Notes: generated from the sequence alone by a model not told the origin. DNA of 64,000 nucleotides from Candidatus Multivoradales bacterium (GCA_965248925.1 CBDFLE010000006.1:3552001-3616000); one strand, 5' to 3'. Shown: positions 22,895 to 33,806, counted from the stretch's first letter. Made by a program: numbers and translations.

Positions 22895-25117
22895 ATGGCC
22901 AGGATCCAGAGAAAACCCAAAGCGCCGGTACGGCCGGTCAAGAAGGTCGGCTTCGACCGGGTCCTGGAACGGCTTGCCGAGTTTGAGCGGCCGGTCGATA
23001 GTGACTTCCTGACCCGGGTCTACGAGTTCTCTGAACGGGTGCATCGCAATCAACGGCGGCGCTCGGGCGAGCCCTACGTCACCCATCCGGTGTACGTGTC
23101 TTACATTCTCGCCGATCTCAAATTTGATCAGACCTGTGTCGCCGTCGGCCTGCTGCACGACGTGCTCGAGGACACCCTGACCACCCGCCAAGTGCTGGAA
23201 GATGAATTTGGCTCCGATGTCGCCGAGCTGGTCGACGGGGTCACCAAGATCGGTCTGCAGGCATATGTGCGTCGCGACGAGGCCCAGGCCGAGACTTTTC
23301 GCAAGATGATCCTGGCCTCGGCCCGCGACCTGCGGGTGATCTTGGTCAAACTTGCCGACCGGCTGCACAACATGATGACCCTTGAGCACATGTTGCCCGA
23401 GGCGCGCTGTCGGATCTCTCGCGAAACGCTGGAGATCTACGCACCAATCGCCCTGCGGCTGGGCATGTCGAAAGTGCAGGGAGATCTGGAAGACCTGGCC
23501 TTCTACCATCTCTATCCGCGCCAATTCGCCGAACTCGAGTTGAAAGTGCGCGAGAAGCTACGGCTGGGCAAGGGCTCGATCCAGCAGATCCGCCGGCGGT
23601 TGCAAGAGAGCTTGCAGGAGGTCGGGATCGAGGCAGAGATCAGCTATCGGGTGAAGCGCTATTACTCGATCTACCGCAAGCTGTTGCGCCAGGGTATCGA
23701 CATCTCCCAGCTCTACGACTACTTGGCGTTCCGCATCATCACCGCCAGCCTCAAGGACACCTACGTGGCGTTTGGCACCGTGCATCAGAACTGGCGACCG
23801 ATTCCAGGTCGTTTCAAGGACTACATTGCGATGCCCAAGCCCAACCTCTACCAATCGCTGCACACCACTGTCGTCGGCGACAGCGGTCAGCCGTTCGAAG
23901 TGCAAATCCGCACCCATGAGATGGATCTGATAGCCGAAGAGGGGATCGCCGCCCACTGGCACTATAAGCAGGGCGATGCGAGCGCCCCGTCGAGCGATCC
24001 CAACATTCTCTGGCTACGCCAGCTGCTGGAGTGGCAGAAGGATGTGGAGGATCCGCGCACTTTTCTTTCGACCCTGAAGCTCGATCTCTACCCTGATGAG
24101 GTCTACATTTTCACCCCCAAGGGTGATGTGCATGCCTTCCCGCGCGGTGCCACGCCCCTCGACTTCGCCTATAGGATCCACACCGACCTGGGCCACCAAT
24201 GCTCTGGGGCGCGGCTTAATGGCAAGTTGGTGCCGCTCAAGACCGAGTTGCGCAATGGGGACTTGGTGGAGGTGATGACCAGTCCCAACCGCCAGCCGAG
24301 CCGCGATTGGCTGGGCTTCGTCAAGACCTCGCGGGCTAAGAGTAAGATCCGCCATTGGCTCAACACGCAGCAGAAGCTCGAGTCGCAGGCGATTGGCAGG
24401 CGCTTGTTCGAGCGCGAACTCAAGCGGCTCAAAGTCAGCAGCAAGCGGGCCCTCGGCAGCCCCCTCATGGGGGAGTATCTGAAGTCCGAAGGGCTCAGCC
24501 GCATCGAGGAAGTCTGGGAGCGAATCGGCTACGGCAAGATGGGGGTCCGGGTGGCGGTGGCGCGCATCTTGGGGCTCGAGGAAGAACAGGTCGAGAACGC
24601 CGAGTCGGTCGCCAAGCCGGGTGTTTTGCGGCGCGCGGTCGATCGCTTGCTCCCGTTTGGCACCGGCCCGGTTCAGGTCAAAGGCGAGGGCGACTTTATG
24701 ACCTCGCTGGCCAAGTGCTGCAACCCCGTGCCGGGGGAGGATCTGGTGGGCTATGTGACCCGCGGGCGGGGAATCTCGGTGCATTCCGCGGACTGCGCCA
24801 ATGTCAAGAACCTGATGTACGACCCCGAACGACTGATCGAGGTCGAGTGGTCGCGGCAGGTCGACAAGGCCTATCCGGTGTCGTTGTCGATCAAGACCCT
24901 CGACCACCCGGGAATGCTGGCGCGGCTGACTGAAGTGATCGCTAAAGAGTCCAGCAACATCCGGCAATTCGAGGCCGGTACCCTGGAGACTGGCCACGGG
25001 ATCATCAACGTGGTGGTCGAGGTGCGCAATCGGCGACATTTAGACCGTCTGCGGCGGGTGATCGGCGCCGTCGAGGGGGTGCTCGAGGTCGGTCGGCGGG
25101 TGAGCCGGATGGTGTAG
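22895..25117 (+). CDS. rel: Bifunctional (p)ppGpp synthetase/hydrolase (long RSH)
   Basis: SGEPY, LLHDVLED (intact HD), RFKDYIAMPKPNLYQSLHT, FEVQIRT, TGS FTPKG..DFAY.IHT, CCNPVPG, C-terminal ACT domain. Confidence 0.95.
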   Translation: MARIQRKPKAPVRPVKKVGFDRVLERLAEFERPVDSDFLTRVYEFSERVHRNQRRRSGEPYVTHPVYVSYILADLKFDQTCVAVGLLHDVLEDTLTTRQVLEDEFGSDVAELVDGVTKIGLQAYVRRDEAQAETFRKMILASARDLRVILVKLADRLHNMMTLEHMLPEARCRISRETLEIYAPIALRLGMSKVQGDLEDLAFYHLYPRQFAELELKVREKLRLGKGSIQQIRRRLQESLQEVGIEAEISYRVKRYYSIYRKLLRQGIDISQLYDYLAFRIITASLKDTYVAFGTVHQNWRPIPGRFKDYIAMPKPNLYQSLHTTVVGDSGQPFEVQIRTHEMDLIAEEGIAAHWHYKQGDASAPSSDPNILWLRQLLEWQKDVEDPRTFLSTLKLDLYPDEVYIFTPKGDVHAFPRGATPLDFAYRIHTDLGHQCSGARLNGKLVPLKTELRNGDLVEVMTSPNRQPSRDWLGFVKTSRAKSKIRHWLNTQQKLESQAIGRRLFERELKRLKVSSKRALGSPLMGEYLKSEGLSRIEEVWERIGYGKMGVRVAVARILGLEEEQVENAESVAKPGVLRRAVDRLLPFGTGPVQVKGEGDFMTSLAKCCNPVPGEDLVGYVTRGRGISVHSADCANVKNLMYDPERLIEVEWSRQVDKAYPVSLSIKTLDHPGMLARLTEVIAKESSNIRQFEAGTLETGHGIINVVVEVRNRRHLDRLRRVIGAVEGVLEVGRRVSRMV

Positions 25118-25167
25118 AGAGGGGAGGCTGGCTAGAGATCGCTTATAGCAAAAGTCCTATCATCGTC

Positions 25168-25196
25168 TTGACACTCGTCCTGAGCTGCGCTACGCT
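25168..25196 (+). promoter_or_regulatory. Sigma70-type promoter upstream of pilM
   Basis: TTGACA(25168-73), 17-nt spacer, TACGCT(25191-96). Confidence 0.6.
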
Positions 25197-25317
25197 GCCA
25201 AATCGCCTGGATGAAAGGCGGTAACTTAGCATTACTATTGATTTTAAGGCCACGGCGAGACTCCAGGGCAACGGCCCTGGCGAGGCTCCGAGTCTTTAAC
25301 TGGAGACGGAAGTTTCA

Positions 25318-26382
25318 GTGCTCTTCTCTCGATCCAAAGGCGTGGTCGGCCTGGATATAGGCAGCGCCACCGTGAAGCTCGTTGAACTGCGCGAGCGCAA
25401 GGGCGGCCAGTTCACTCTGCAGCGTCTCGGCGTCGAGCCGCTGTCTCCAGAGGCCATCGTCGATGGCGCGATCATGGACTCGTCGTTGGTCGTCGATGCC
25501 ATCCAGAAGCTCTCTGACCAAACCGGGGTGAAGAACAACAACTTCGGCACCTCGGTCTCCGGCCACTCGGTGATCATCAAAAAGATCGAGCTGCCGAGCA
25601 TGGAACCCGATGAGCTGGCGGAATCGATTCAGTGGGAAGCGGAGCAGCACATCCCCTTTGACATCAACGACGTGCGGCTGGACTACGTGACTTTGTCCGA
25701 GGACGAGCCGGGGCGCGAGAACATGGAGGTGCTGCTGGTCGCGGTCAAGCGCGAGAAGGTCAACGACTACGAGTCGGTGATCTCCCAGAGCGGTAAGTCG
25801 CCCATCATTGTCGATGTCGATGCCTTCGCCATCCAGAATGCCTACGAGCTCAACTACGACCTTGACCCGCTAAAATCTGTGGCGCTGGTCAACATGGGCG
25901 CCGGGGTCACGAACCTGAACATCGTCGCTCGCGGGCAGAGCGTCTTTTGGCGCGATATTTCGTTCGGTGGCAACCAATTCACCGAAGCCTTGCAGCGCGA
26001 ATTTAACCTCTCTTTCGACCAGGCCGAACTGCTGAAACGCGGCGAGTCGGTGGGTAGCTACACGGTCAGTGATGCCCGCAAGGTGCTCGATAAGGTCTCG
26101 AACGAAATGGCCAACGAGGTGCAGAAGACATTTGACTTCTTCGGCGCCACCTCTTCGGAAGGGCCGGTGGAGGAGCTGGTTCTATCTGGGGGTTGCAGCC
26201 TGACTGTCAATTTGCAAGAAGTCTTGCGCGAGCGTTTCGGTGTGCCCACCGAGCGGCTCAACCCATTCCGCAGAATCAACTTTCGCGATAGCGACTTCAA
26301 CCGCGACTGGCTCGAATCGATCGCCCCGATGTTGGCGGTGGCGGTCGGCTTGGCGATCCGCAGAGTGGGGGACTGGTCGTAA
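25318..26382 (+). CDS. pilM: Type IV pilus assembly protein PilM
   Basis: VGLDIGS, IQWEAEQHIPF, VDVDAFAIQNAY, GGNQFT, LSGG, NPF, AVGLAIR. Confidence 0.95.
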   Translation: MLFSRSKGVVGLDIGSATVKLVELRERKGGQFTLQRLGVEPLSPEAIVDGAIMDSSLVVDAIQKLSDQTGVKNNNFGTSVSGHSVIIKKIELPSMEPDELAESIQWEAEQHIPFDINDVRLDYVTLSEDEPGRENMEVLLVAVKREKVNDYESVISQSGKSPIIVDVDAFAIQNAYELNYDLDPLKSVALVNMGAGVTNLNIVARGQSVFWRDISFGGNQFTEALQREFNLSFDQAELLKRGESVGSYTVSDARKVLDKVSNEMANEVQKTFDFFGATSSEGPVEELVLSGGCSLTVNLQEVLRERFGVPTERLNPFRRINFRDSDFNRDWLESIAPMLAVAVGLAIRRVGDWS

Positions 26383-27002
26383 TGATTAGGATCAACCTAC
26401 TATCGGAAGGCCGGCGTCCGGTCGTCGCTCGGCGCAGCCGGTCATCACTGAGCCTGGGTGGCCAGGACCCCAGCGCCTACCTGCTGGTTGGTGGCCTGAT
26501 TCTCGGTCTGCTGGCCGGCGGCATCTACTGGTTCATGCTGCATGGCGAGATCAAGGACAAGGACCGCAGTATCGGCACCGCCCAGCGCGAATACGATGAG
26601 CTGCGGACCTACATCGAAGAGGTAGAAAAGTACGAGGTGCAGAAGGCCGAGCTGAAGCGCAAGGTCGACGTGATCGGAGAGCTGCGCAGCAAACAGCGCG
26701 GGCCGGTGCATGTGATGGACGAGGTCTCACGGGCGCTGCCGGAGTTGGTCTGGCTGGAGTACATGGACATCACTGGCAACACGGTGACTCTGCGGGGTCG
26801 AGCCTTCAACACCAACGCGGTAGCCACTTTCCTTGAGAACCTGAGCCGGGTGGCTGAGTTTAAAGAACCAGCGTTGCGAGATCTGCCAGCCGACCGGTCC
26901 ACCGACACCTACTCGTTCAAGCTCTTGTTCAACTACGCTTTCAAGTCTGCAATCCCGGTCGACGGTGACGAGGCCGATGCAGACAGTGACTCGCGGTCGT
27001 AG
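26382..27002 (+). CDS. pilN: Type IV pilus assembly protein PilN
   Basis: MIRINLL motif, one TM, coiled coil, LPELVWL. Confidence 0.9.
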   Translation: MIRINLLSEGRRPVVARRSRSSLSLGGQDPSAYLLVGGLILGLLAGGIYWFMLHGEIKDKDRSIGTAQREYDELRTYIEEVEKYEVQKAELKRKVDVIGELRSKQRGPVHVMDEVSRALPELVWLEYMDITGNTVTLRGRAFNTNAVATFLENLSRVAEFKEPALRDLPADRSTDTYSFKLLFNYAFKSAIPVDGDEADADSDSRS

Positions 27003-27026
27003 CGGACGGTCTGCGGGAGGCTAACG

Positions 27027-27614
27027 ATGGCTATTGAAACAGGTCTAGAAGGCAAGCCGGTTTGGATCGCGGCTCTGATCGCGGTGGTGCTCGGGGTTGG
27101 CCTCTTCTTTATCGGCAACTTTGTTTGGTTCGAAGACATGCGGAGCAGCATCGAGGCCAAAGATGCCAAGTTGCAAGACTTACAGCAGAAAATCATCGCC
27201 GGGCGGGCCGCCAAGAGTCGTTTGCCGCAGTTTCGCGAAGAGGTTCGTCGCCTGGAACTCGACCTGGGCCGCTTGCTCAAAATTTTGCCGACTCAGCGCA
27301 AGACCGAAGATCTGCTGCGCCGCTTCCGCGACCTGGGTGAGGAAGGTGATTTGAATCTGGTTCGCTTGACGCCGGCCAACCCGACACCGGTGGATTTCTA
27401 CAGCGAATGGCCGATTCGGATGTACCTCGAGGGTACTTACCATGAGTTGGCTCTTTTCCTCGATCGCATCAGTCAGCTGCGGCGGATCATCAACGTCGAG
27501 AATCTAAAGATTCGCATCAAGAAGCAGGTTGATCACCACACGATTTCGTCAGACTTCATCGCCAAGACCTTCATTTACAACGACCCCGAAGCGGCGGACG
27601 AGGAGGAGCTGTGA
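27027..27614 (+). CDS. pilO: Type IV pilus assembly protein PilO
   Basis: TM, coiled coil, ILP, FYSEWPI, GTYHELALFLDRI..L.RIINV. Confidence 0.9.
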   Translation: MAIETGLEGKPVWIAALIAVVLGVGLFFIGNFVWFEDMRSSIEAKDAKLQDLQQKIIAGRAAKSRLPQFREEVRRLELDLGRLLKILPTQRKTEDLLRRFRDLGEEGDLNLVRLTPANPTPVDFYSEWPIRMYLEGTYHELALFLDRISQLRRIINVENLKIRIKKQVDHHTISSDFIAKTFIYNDPEAADEEEL

Positions 27615-28165
27615 GCACACCCCGAAGTAGTCGCGAGCGCTACATCGGCCATCGCTGGTTAGCGGTGCCGGTGTTGGCTGTGATATTGATGCTCTGGGCG
27701 CCGCTCTCGCTCGCTCAGGACGAGGATTACGTCCCGGAAGAGCTGGAAGAGCAGGGAGAGGGCGTCGTCGACCTGAGTGTAATAGACGAAATCTTGGCCC
27801 GAGACGAAGAAGTGCTGTCGAGCCCGGGTCTCTACAACTACGATCCCGGCGCCAGGCGAGACCCTTTCCGTTCGCTGATCCAGAGTACGGAAGAGGATGA
27901 GGAAGTCGGAAAGCGCCCAGATGGGATCGCTGGTCTACTGATCGACGACATCGAACTCGAGGGGGTCTACGTGACCGCTTCAGGGCCGGTGGCGCAGATC
28001 GCCTCGGCGCAGCAGGAAGCGAGCTTTTTGCTGCGTCCAGGTGATCAGTTGTGGGATGGCGACGTAGTCGACATCTCTATGGGTGGGATCGTCTTCAAGC
28101 AGTCGGTCAACGATCCGACCGCCTTGAGACCTTTTCGGGATGTCGTCAAGAAACTGAATCCGTAG
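27611..28165 (+). CDS. pilP: PilP-like pilus assembly protein
   Basis: YNYDPGARRDPFRSL motif; position between pilO and pilQ. Confidence 0.7.
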   Translation: MSTPRSSRERYIGHRWLAVPVLAVILMLWAPLSLAQDEDYVPEELEEQGEGVVDLSVIDEILARDEEVLSSPGLYNYDPGARRDPFRSLIQSTEEDEEVGKRPDGIAGLLIDDIELEGVYVTASGPVAQIASAQQEASFLLRPGDQLWDGDVVDISMGGIVFKQSVNDPTALRPFRDVVKKLNP

Positions 28166-28223
28166 CTGCCAACACTGACTGGAAAACGGTCGGAGGCGAG
28201 TGAAGATGGGAGATCACATCGAT

Positions 28224-30965
28224 ATGCGAGAACATGGCAGCAAGGCGTTAGTGGCGTCATTGGCCGTGCTCTTGGTCGCGCTGGGGACCGGCTGTGCCTC
28301 GGCGCCCAGCCAAACTGCTGCAGCGGCGAGCCAACCTTCGGGCAGCGCCGTCGCTGCCTTTCAGGTGTCGACGCCAGCGGTGATCCGCTCCCTCGACCTT
28401 GAGGTCGGTGAGGTCGGTGCGGTCTTGGTGCTCACCGCCGATCGGTCGCCGGTGTGGACGACCTACCGCGACAGCGAGGGCCATCTGGTGGTGGAGCTGC
28501 CGAACAGCATTCCCGGTGCTACGGTGTCGGATCTGAGTTCAGCGACGGGTCTGCTGGCGGCGGTTGGTGTCGAGACTTTCGAGGATTCTGAGCGTCCGTT
28601 GACACGCTTGGTCTTGCGCACCCGAGGCGAGTCCGAACATGCTCTGACCACTGATGGTGGTCAGTTGCGAGTCCAGCTGTTGCCGTTGGGCTATGACGCG
28701 CCGACTCAGCCGAGTCAGGTGGCTACTTACGAACCGCTGGCTGATGAGCCAAGTTTGAATTCGCCTTCCGCGGAGCCCGAAGCGCCGGTAGAAGTTGCCA
28801 ATCTTGAGCCGGTTGATGCCCAGTCAAAGCCCCCCCAGATGGTCTACTTCGGAACTCCCGAAGCGCCGTTGAGCGGCCCGGAGCCGGAGGGCATTCCAGC
28901 ATCGCGGTTGCGCAGTATCGAGGTCTATCAGGATGGCGATGAGACCGTGGTCGAGATTCTCGGCGATGGCGAGTTCGCCTACTCCACCTTCAGGTTGGAG
29001 AGTCCCGAGCGCTTCGTTGTCGATCTGGACGGCGTAGTCAACACTAGCAATCGCTCTACTTTTACAGTAGAGACGGCTGTACTCGATCAGGTCCGGGTGG
29101 GCCAATTCAAGTTGCGGCCGGATCCGGTATCGCGGGTGGTTTTCGACCTCTCGGACTTTCATCCGCCACGCATGCAGGCCTTGGCCAATGGTCTGCGAGT
29201 GAGCTTTGGCTCGACGCCGCTCGCCGCCGCGGCGGTCGAGGCAGTCGAGGTGGTCGCCGAGACTTCGGAACCCGTCGTCGCGAGGGTAGCCGAGGTCGAG
29301 GAGCTGCCAGCGGCACAGCCACCAGTGATCGAAGAAGTGGCGGTGCCGCCGCCAGCGGTGGTGGTCGAGCGCTTGCCGGCTGAGGATGCTACCGAAACCC
29401 TGTCAATGCCCACTGATTCAGCGCCATCGCGGATGGAGCCTGAACCAGCTGTTGTCGAGGTTGCCGTGCCGGAATCGGTCGCCACTGGCGACGCGCCGGT
29501 CGACTCCGTGCCCTCGATTGCGCCAGCGATGGTGGCGCAACCGGTGGAACAAGTGCCAATCGACTCGGTGCCGGCGTACCAGCCGGCGACCCTGGCGAAC
29601 GAACCTGTCGAGATGGCACAGCAGGTACCGATCCGTGACGTCGCTCGGTTCGAAGCGCAGCAAGTAGAGGTGCGTGACGGTCGGCAGACCAGCGAGCCCG
29701 ATCTAACTCAGTTCGACGAGCTTATCGTCAGTCGGCAGCGTCGCAGTTACACCGGTGAACCGATCAGCTTGACCCTGCGCAATGGCGATTTGGTCGAGAC
29801 CCTGCGCACCTTCGCTCGCATTAGCGGGCTCAATTTCGTCATTCAGCCGGGTGTTACCGGCAGCGTGACCGTCGAACTCAACGAAGTTCCCTGGGATCAG
29901 GCGATGGAGCAGATCCTCAAGATTAATAATCTGGGGATGGAGATCGACGGCACCATCGTTCGAATCGCGCCGATGATTCAGCTGCGGGCCGAAGCCCAAG
30001 AGCAGGCAGAGTTGGTCCGCGCTCGTGCCGCCACCGTGCCCTTGCGGACGGTGATGCGCAGTGTCAGTTATGGAGATGCAGCCGCTATTTCCGCTCTGCT
30101 GCGAAACCGCACCGGCTCGCTGCTCAGCAACCGCGGCACGGTGCAGGTCGACCGGCGCACCAACACCCTGATCATCCGCGAACTGCCATCCAACGTCGAT
30201 ACCGTGCTGGCGGTGATCGACAACCTCGATACTCCCGAGCCGCAAGTCACCATCGAGGCGAGGATTATCGAAGCCACCAAGCAGTTCGGCCGTACGCTCG
30301 GCATCCGCTGGGGCTTTGATGGTGTGGCCGATGCCGCCCACGGCAATACGACCGGCTTGGAGTTTCCCAACAACATCGATACCACAGGCGGGGTGGCTCT
30401 GTTGACCGGCGGTGCCAACGGCTTCTTGGATCTGACGTTGGGCAATATCCTCAACACCTTTTCCCTAGATGCCAGAATCCAGGCGGCCGAGGACGAAGGT
30501 CTGGCCAATGTCATCTCGGCGCCGCGGATCACCACTCTCAACAACGAGCGCGCGTCGATCCAGAGTGGTTTGCAGATTCCAATTCAGACGACTTCTAACA
30601 ACACCGTCGCGGTGCAGTTTATTAATGCCACTTTGCAGCTCTCGGTGACTCCCCATGTCACCGCCGAAGGCACCGTGTTACTCGACATCGACATCGCCAA
30701 GCGCGAGCCGCAGCTGGCTTTCGCGATCGTCGGCGCCACCAACGCGCCGATTGCCACCAAAGAGGCTCAGACCAAGGTCATCGTCCGCGATGGCGGCACG
30801 GTGGTTATCGGTGGTATCTACGAAGTCACCAGCAATCAGAACCAGGGACGGGTCCCAGGCTTGGCTAACATTCCAATCCTCGGTCACTTGTTCAAGAACC
30901 GCAGTCGCGACGATACCAACGAAGAGCTGATGATCTTCATCACGCCGCGTATCGTGCAGATGTAG
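28224..30965 (+). CDS. pilQ: Type IV pilus secretin PilQ with two AMIN-like domains and a Pro/Ala/Glu-rich linker
   Basis: Lipobox-like LGTG-C, AMIN PERFVVDL..RVVFDL, YTGEPISL, VPWDQAM, VDRRTNTLII, QVTIEARIIE, DGGTVVIGGI, IPILGHLFK, ELMIFITPRI. Start 28224 or slightly upstream. Confidence 0.93.
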   Translation: MREHGSKALVASLAVLLVALGTGCASAPSQTAAAASQPSGSAVAAFQVSTPAVIRSLDLEVGEVGAVLVLTADRSPVWTTYRDSEGHLVVELPNSIPGATVSDLSSATGLLAAVGVETFEDSERPLTRLVLRTRGESEHALTTDGGQLRVQLLPLGYDAPTQPSQVATYEPLADEPSLNSPSAEPEAPVEVANLEPVDAQSKPPQMVYFGTPEAPLSGPEPEGIPASRLRSIEVYQDGDETVVEILGDGEFAYSTFRLESPERFVVDLDGVVNTSNRSTFTVETAVLDQVRVGQFKLRPDPVSRVVFDLSDFHPPRMQALANGLRVSFGSTPLAAAAVEAVEVVAETSEPVVARVAEVEELPAAQPPVIEEVAVPPPAVVVERLPAEDATETLSMPTDSAPSRMEPEPAVVEVAVPESVATGDAPVDSVPSIAPAMVAQPVEQVPIDSVPAYQPATLANEPVEMAQQVPIRDVARFEAQQVEVRDGRQTSEPDLTQFDELIVSRQRRSYTGEPISLTLRNGDLVETLRTFARISGLNFVIQPGVTGSVTVELNEVPWDQAMEQILKINNLGMEIDGTIVRIAPMIQLRAEAQEQAELVRARAATVPLRTVMRSVSYGDAAAISALLRNRTGSLLSNRGTVQVDRRTNTLIIRELPSNVDTVLAVIDNLDTPEPQVTIEARIIEATKQFGRTLGIRWGFDGVADAAHGNTTGLEFPNNIDTTGGVALLTGGANGFLDLTLGNILNTFSLDARIQAAEDEGLANVISAPRITTLNNERASIQSGLQIPIQTTSNNTVAVQFINATLQLSVTPHVTAEGTVLLDIDIAKREPQLAFAIVGATNAPIATKEAQTKVIVRDGGTVVIGGIYEVTSNQNQGRVPGLANIPILGHLFKNRSRDDTNEELMIFITPRIVQM

Positions 30966-30985
30966 GAAGGCTCAGGAGGTCTAAC

Positions 30986-31528
30986 GTGAAGATCCTCGGA
31001 TATGTGATGTTAGTCGCTAGCGCGCTGGTGTCGGTGAGCTGTGAAGAGCGCACTGACCAGACCGATTCTGGTGGTGTGCTGCTCACCGTGGAGTTTGTGG
31101 ACACCACGACCACGGTGTCGGTCAATGCCACGCCGCAGCTGCGGATCGAGACCATGGAGGTCAACAGCACGGTCGCCGATCCCAATGGCATCTCCAGCTC
31201 GTTGATGGATGTCGAGATCAGCGGCTACGAGGTGACCTTCGAGCGTATCGACGGGGGTACTCGGGTACCGCCGTCGTTGGTGCGCAACCTGGTTTCGCTG
31301 GTGCCGGTGGGTGGCACGCTGACGCTGAGCAACTTTCCGATTATGACCTTCGACCAGATGCGCACCCCGCCGCTGTCGGATCTGCTGTTCGCCAACGGTG
31401 GCTTCGACAAAGAAACCAACAGCACGACGATCACCTTGGATGTCTACATTCGGTTCTTCGGCAAGACCCTGAGTGGTAAAGACGTCTCCAGTGTGGCGAC
31501 GGCTCAGACCACGGTCTTCACCCAGTAA
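30986..31528 (+). CDS. Hypothetical beta-rich lipoprotein directly after pilQ
   Basis: AGGAGG RBS, signal ending VSVS-C, Thr/Val-rich beta-strand pattern. Confidence 0.7.
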   Translation: MKILGYVMLVASALVSVSCEERTDQTDSGGVLLTVEFVDTTTTVSVNATPQLRIETMEVNSTVADPNGISSSLMDVEISGYEVTFERIDGGTRVPPSLVRNLVSLVPVGGTLTLSNFPIMTFDQMRTPPLSDLLFANGGFDKETNSTTITLDVYIRFFGKTLSGKDVSSVATAQTTVFTQ

Positions 31529-31595
31529 CGCGAGCATCGCGAGAGTAATTTTTGTCGTTCGAGAGAAGATCAAGCTCCAGCTCGGGAGAGTTGCC

Positions 31596-33605
31596 ATGAA
31601 AAGGTTCATCAAGACATCGAAATTCTCGGTAGCGGCAGGTCTGCTGCTGGTCCTGCTGCTCAGTGCCTGTAGCGCCGACTCTCCAACGGCGCCGGAGCGC
31701 ACCCCACCACCCAGTGGCGGTGGCGGTGGCGGAACGGCTCCGACTGCTTGGTCGATCAGCGTTGCGGCAAGTCCAAATCAAGTGACAGTGGTGCCCGAGT
31801 CCACGCTGACAGCCAATGTCACGGTGACAGTCCGGCGCACCAGTGACGGTGCCGTGCCGCCGGACGGTACGACAGTCGTCCTCGGCACCACCTCCGGGCA
31901 ACTGACCAGCTCGCTGGGTACCGGCGGGGCGGTAGCGACCGCCTTGACCGGCGGAGTTGGCGGTGCCACCTTGGTCGCTTCTGCTGTTGCCGTGGGGACG
32001 ATAACTTTGCAGGCCCAGCTTGAGCAGAGTGCTGGGCAGGCCACGATTCGCTTGCTCGAAGCGCCTCCACCAGCGCTCTTCTTGGTCGAGTCGGTGACCC
32101 CGAATTCCGGTTCCGAGAGCGGCCGCCGGGTTACCGTTCGCGGGCAAGGCTTCGCGGAGCCGGTGCGGGTGTTCTTCGGCGGCTTGCGGGCTGAGGTGAT
32201 CGAGGTCGGACAGCGGACCATCGCGGTGCAGGTGCCGGCGATCGAAGAGCTGCCGGCCAACACCACGCGGACGGTTGATGTGGCGGTCACCATCAACGTC
32301 AATGACCCGGTCACGCCCTCGCAGACCGACACCTTGACCCAAGGCTTTACCTACGCCGGTGAGACCGTCGATATTCCCGCCTTGACCTCGTTGACGCCGA
32401 CCTCCGGTCCTAACGAGGGCGGCACCGTCGTGACCATTTTTGGTGAGGGATTCTCGCGTTCGATCCAGCTCTTCTTCGGCATTGCCTCGACCCGGATCGA
32501 GGCCGAAGTGATCAATGTCTCATCGACCCAGATCAGGGCGCGGACGCCCTCCGCAACCGGCTTCAACGCGGCGAATGCGAATAGCCTGGTCGATGTCCAA
32601 CTACGCAATTTAGATACCGGCTTACAAGCCACGCTGGCGCAGGCCTTCCAATACGGCACCACGGGGAATGTTGATCCATTGATTATCACCAGCGCTGCCC
32701 CCACCGAAGGGCCTTATTTCGGCGGCTTCAATGTCACCGTCTTCGGCCGCGGCTTCGAGGAGCCGGTGGCGGTTGGGCTAGGTGGCTTTGCTGCCCAGAT
32801 CATCTCCGTGACCGGCACCGAGATCATCGCCAGAGCGCCGCGAGTGCAGCTGGCGAGTTGTAACGACGAGACAGCGGCCATCGGGGTGACCAATATCGAA
32901 ACGGGTGAGTCCGGTCTCGGACCAGATTTCACCTTCCGGGCATTGGCGCCAGCCATATTCAATGTCTCACCCACCATCTCCGGTGCGGGGGGTGGCGGGC
33001 CGGTGACCGTTACCGGGGCCAACATATTTGCTGGCGAGCCCTACCGTCTACTCTTCGGTGATACCGGCGACGAGGCTGCCGCGGGCAATATTTCGATAAG
33101 CGATGGGTTGATCACCGCTACCATTCCAGCATTTGCCGGAATGTTCGAAGAAGAGGCTTGCGATGCCAATAACGACGGTTTTGATGGCGACCGGTTCATC
33201 CCTGCCCGGGTGGATGTCACGTTGATCAACTTGGCCACCAGTTGCGACGACGTGTTCTCGAACTCCTTCACCTACACCCCAGGGGATACGAGCTGTCGCG
33301 GCGATACGGCGCCACCGCCGGCACCTGTAGCACCGACGGCGGTGTTCCTGATTGGCACCCAAAACGATGCTACCGGTGTGGTGACTTTCGTCAACCTGTC
33401 GACAGCTGGTGATCTGCCGGTGAGCTACAACTGGATCTTCCAGAACGGTAGCCCGGCATCTCACAATGCGAACGGTACGGCGGGCAGCGAGACTCCAAAT
33501 CCGCCGTCGGTGACCTTCCCCGGAACGGGCACCTACACGGTGACGTTGCAAGCCACGAACGCTGGCGGCAGCAGTACCGCGTCGGTTGATGTGGTGATCC
33601 CTTGA
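31596..33605 (+). CDS. Lipoprotein with Ig-like domain, about 4 IPT/TIG domains and a C-terminal PKD domain
   Basis: LLSA-C lipobox; PTSGPNEGGTVVTIFGEGF-type IPT repeats; PKD motifs VTFVNLS..SYNWIF..PGTGTYTVTLQATNAGG. Confidence 0.8.
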   Translation: MKRFIKTSKFSVAAGLLLVLLLSACSADSPTAPERTPPPSGGGGGGTAPTAWSISVAASPNQVTVVPESTLTANVTVTVRRTSDGAVPPDGTTVVLGTTSGQLTSSLGTGGAVATALTGGVGGATLVASAVAVGTITLQAQLEQSAGQATIRLLEAPPPALFLVESVTPNSGSESGRRVTVRGQGFAEPVRVFFGGLRAEVIEVGQRTIAVQVPAIEELPANTTRTVDVAVTINVNDPVTPSQTDTLTQGFTYAGETVDIPALTSLTPTSGPNEGGTVVTIFGEGFSRSIQLFFGIASTRIEAEVINVSSTQIRARTPSATGFNAANANSLVDVQLRNLDTGLQATLAQAFQYGTTGNVDPLIITSAAPTEGPYFGGFNVTVFGRGFEEPVAVGLGGFAAQIISVTGTEIIARAPRVQLASCNDETAAIGVTNIETGESGLGPDFTFRALAPAIFNVSPTISGAGGGGPVTVTGANIFAGEPYRLLFGDTGDEAAAGNISISDGLITATIPAFAGMFEEEACDANNDGFDGDRFIPARVDVTLINLATSCDDVFSNSFTYTPGDTSCRGDTAPPPAPVAPTAVFLIGTQNDATGVVTFVNLSTAGDLPVSYNWIFQNGSPASHNANGTAGSETPNPPSVTFPGTGTYTVTLQATNAGGSSTASVDVVIP

Positions 33606-33651
33606 TCCTGAGTAGGTGATCGGGGCGGTCGATTCGGCGGCTGAGAAAGTG

Positions 33652-33689
33652 CAGGCCCGGCGATATGGATTGCCGGGCCTGTTGTAGTT
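33652..33689 (+). terminator. Putative intrinsic terminator hairpin
   Basis: CAGGCCCGGCGAT-ATGG-ATTGCCGGGCCTG followed by TTGTAGTT. Confidence 0.55.
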
Positions 33690-33806
33690 GGAGCGGTACA
33701 GGGCAGTTTGCACTGCTGTCTCAGGCTGTAGTCTCACAGCGTTGTTCACCAGTGTTGCTCCGCTTCCTAGACGACTGGTCGACACGCTCCGTATACTGAC
33801 TTCGAG

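Noticed and set aside
25318-30965. Type II secretion interpretation
   Set aside because: PilM actin-like motifs, the PilN INLL motif and an AMIN-containing secretin indicate type IVa pilus alignment and secretin genes.
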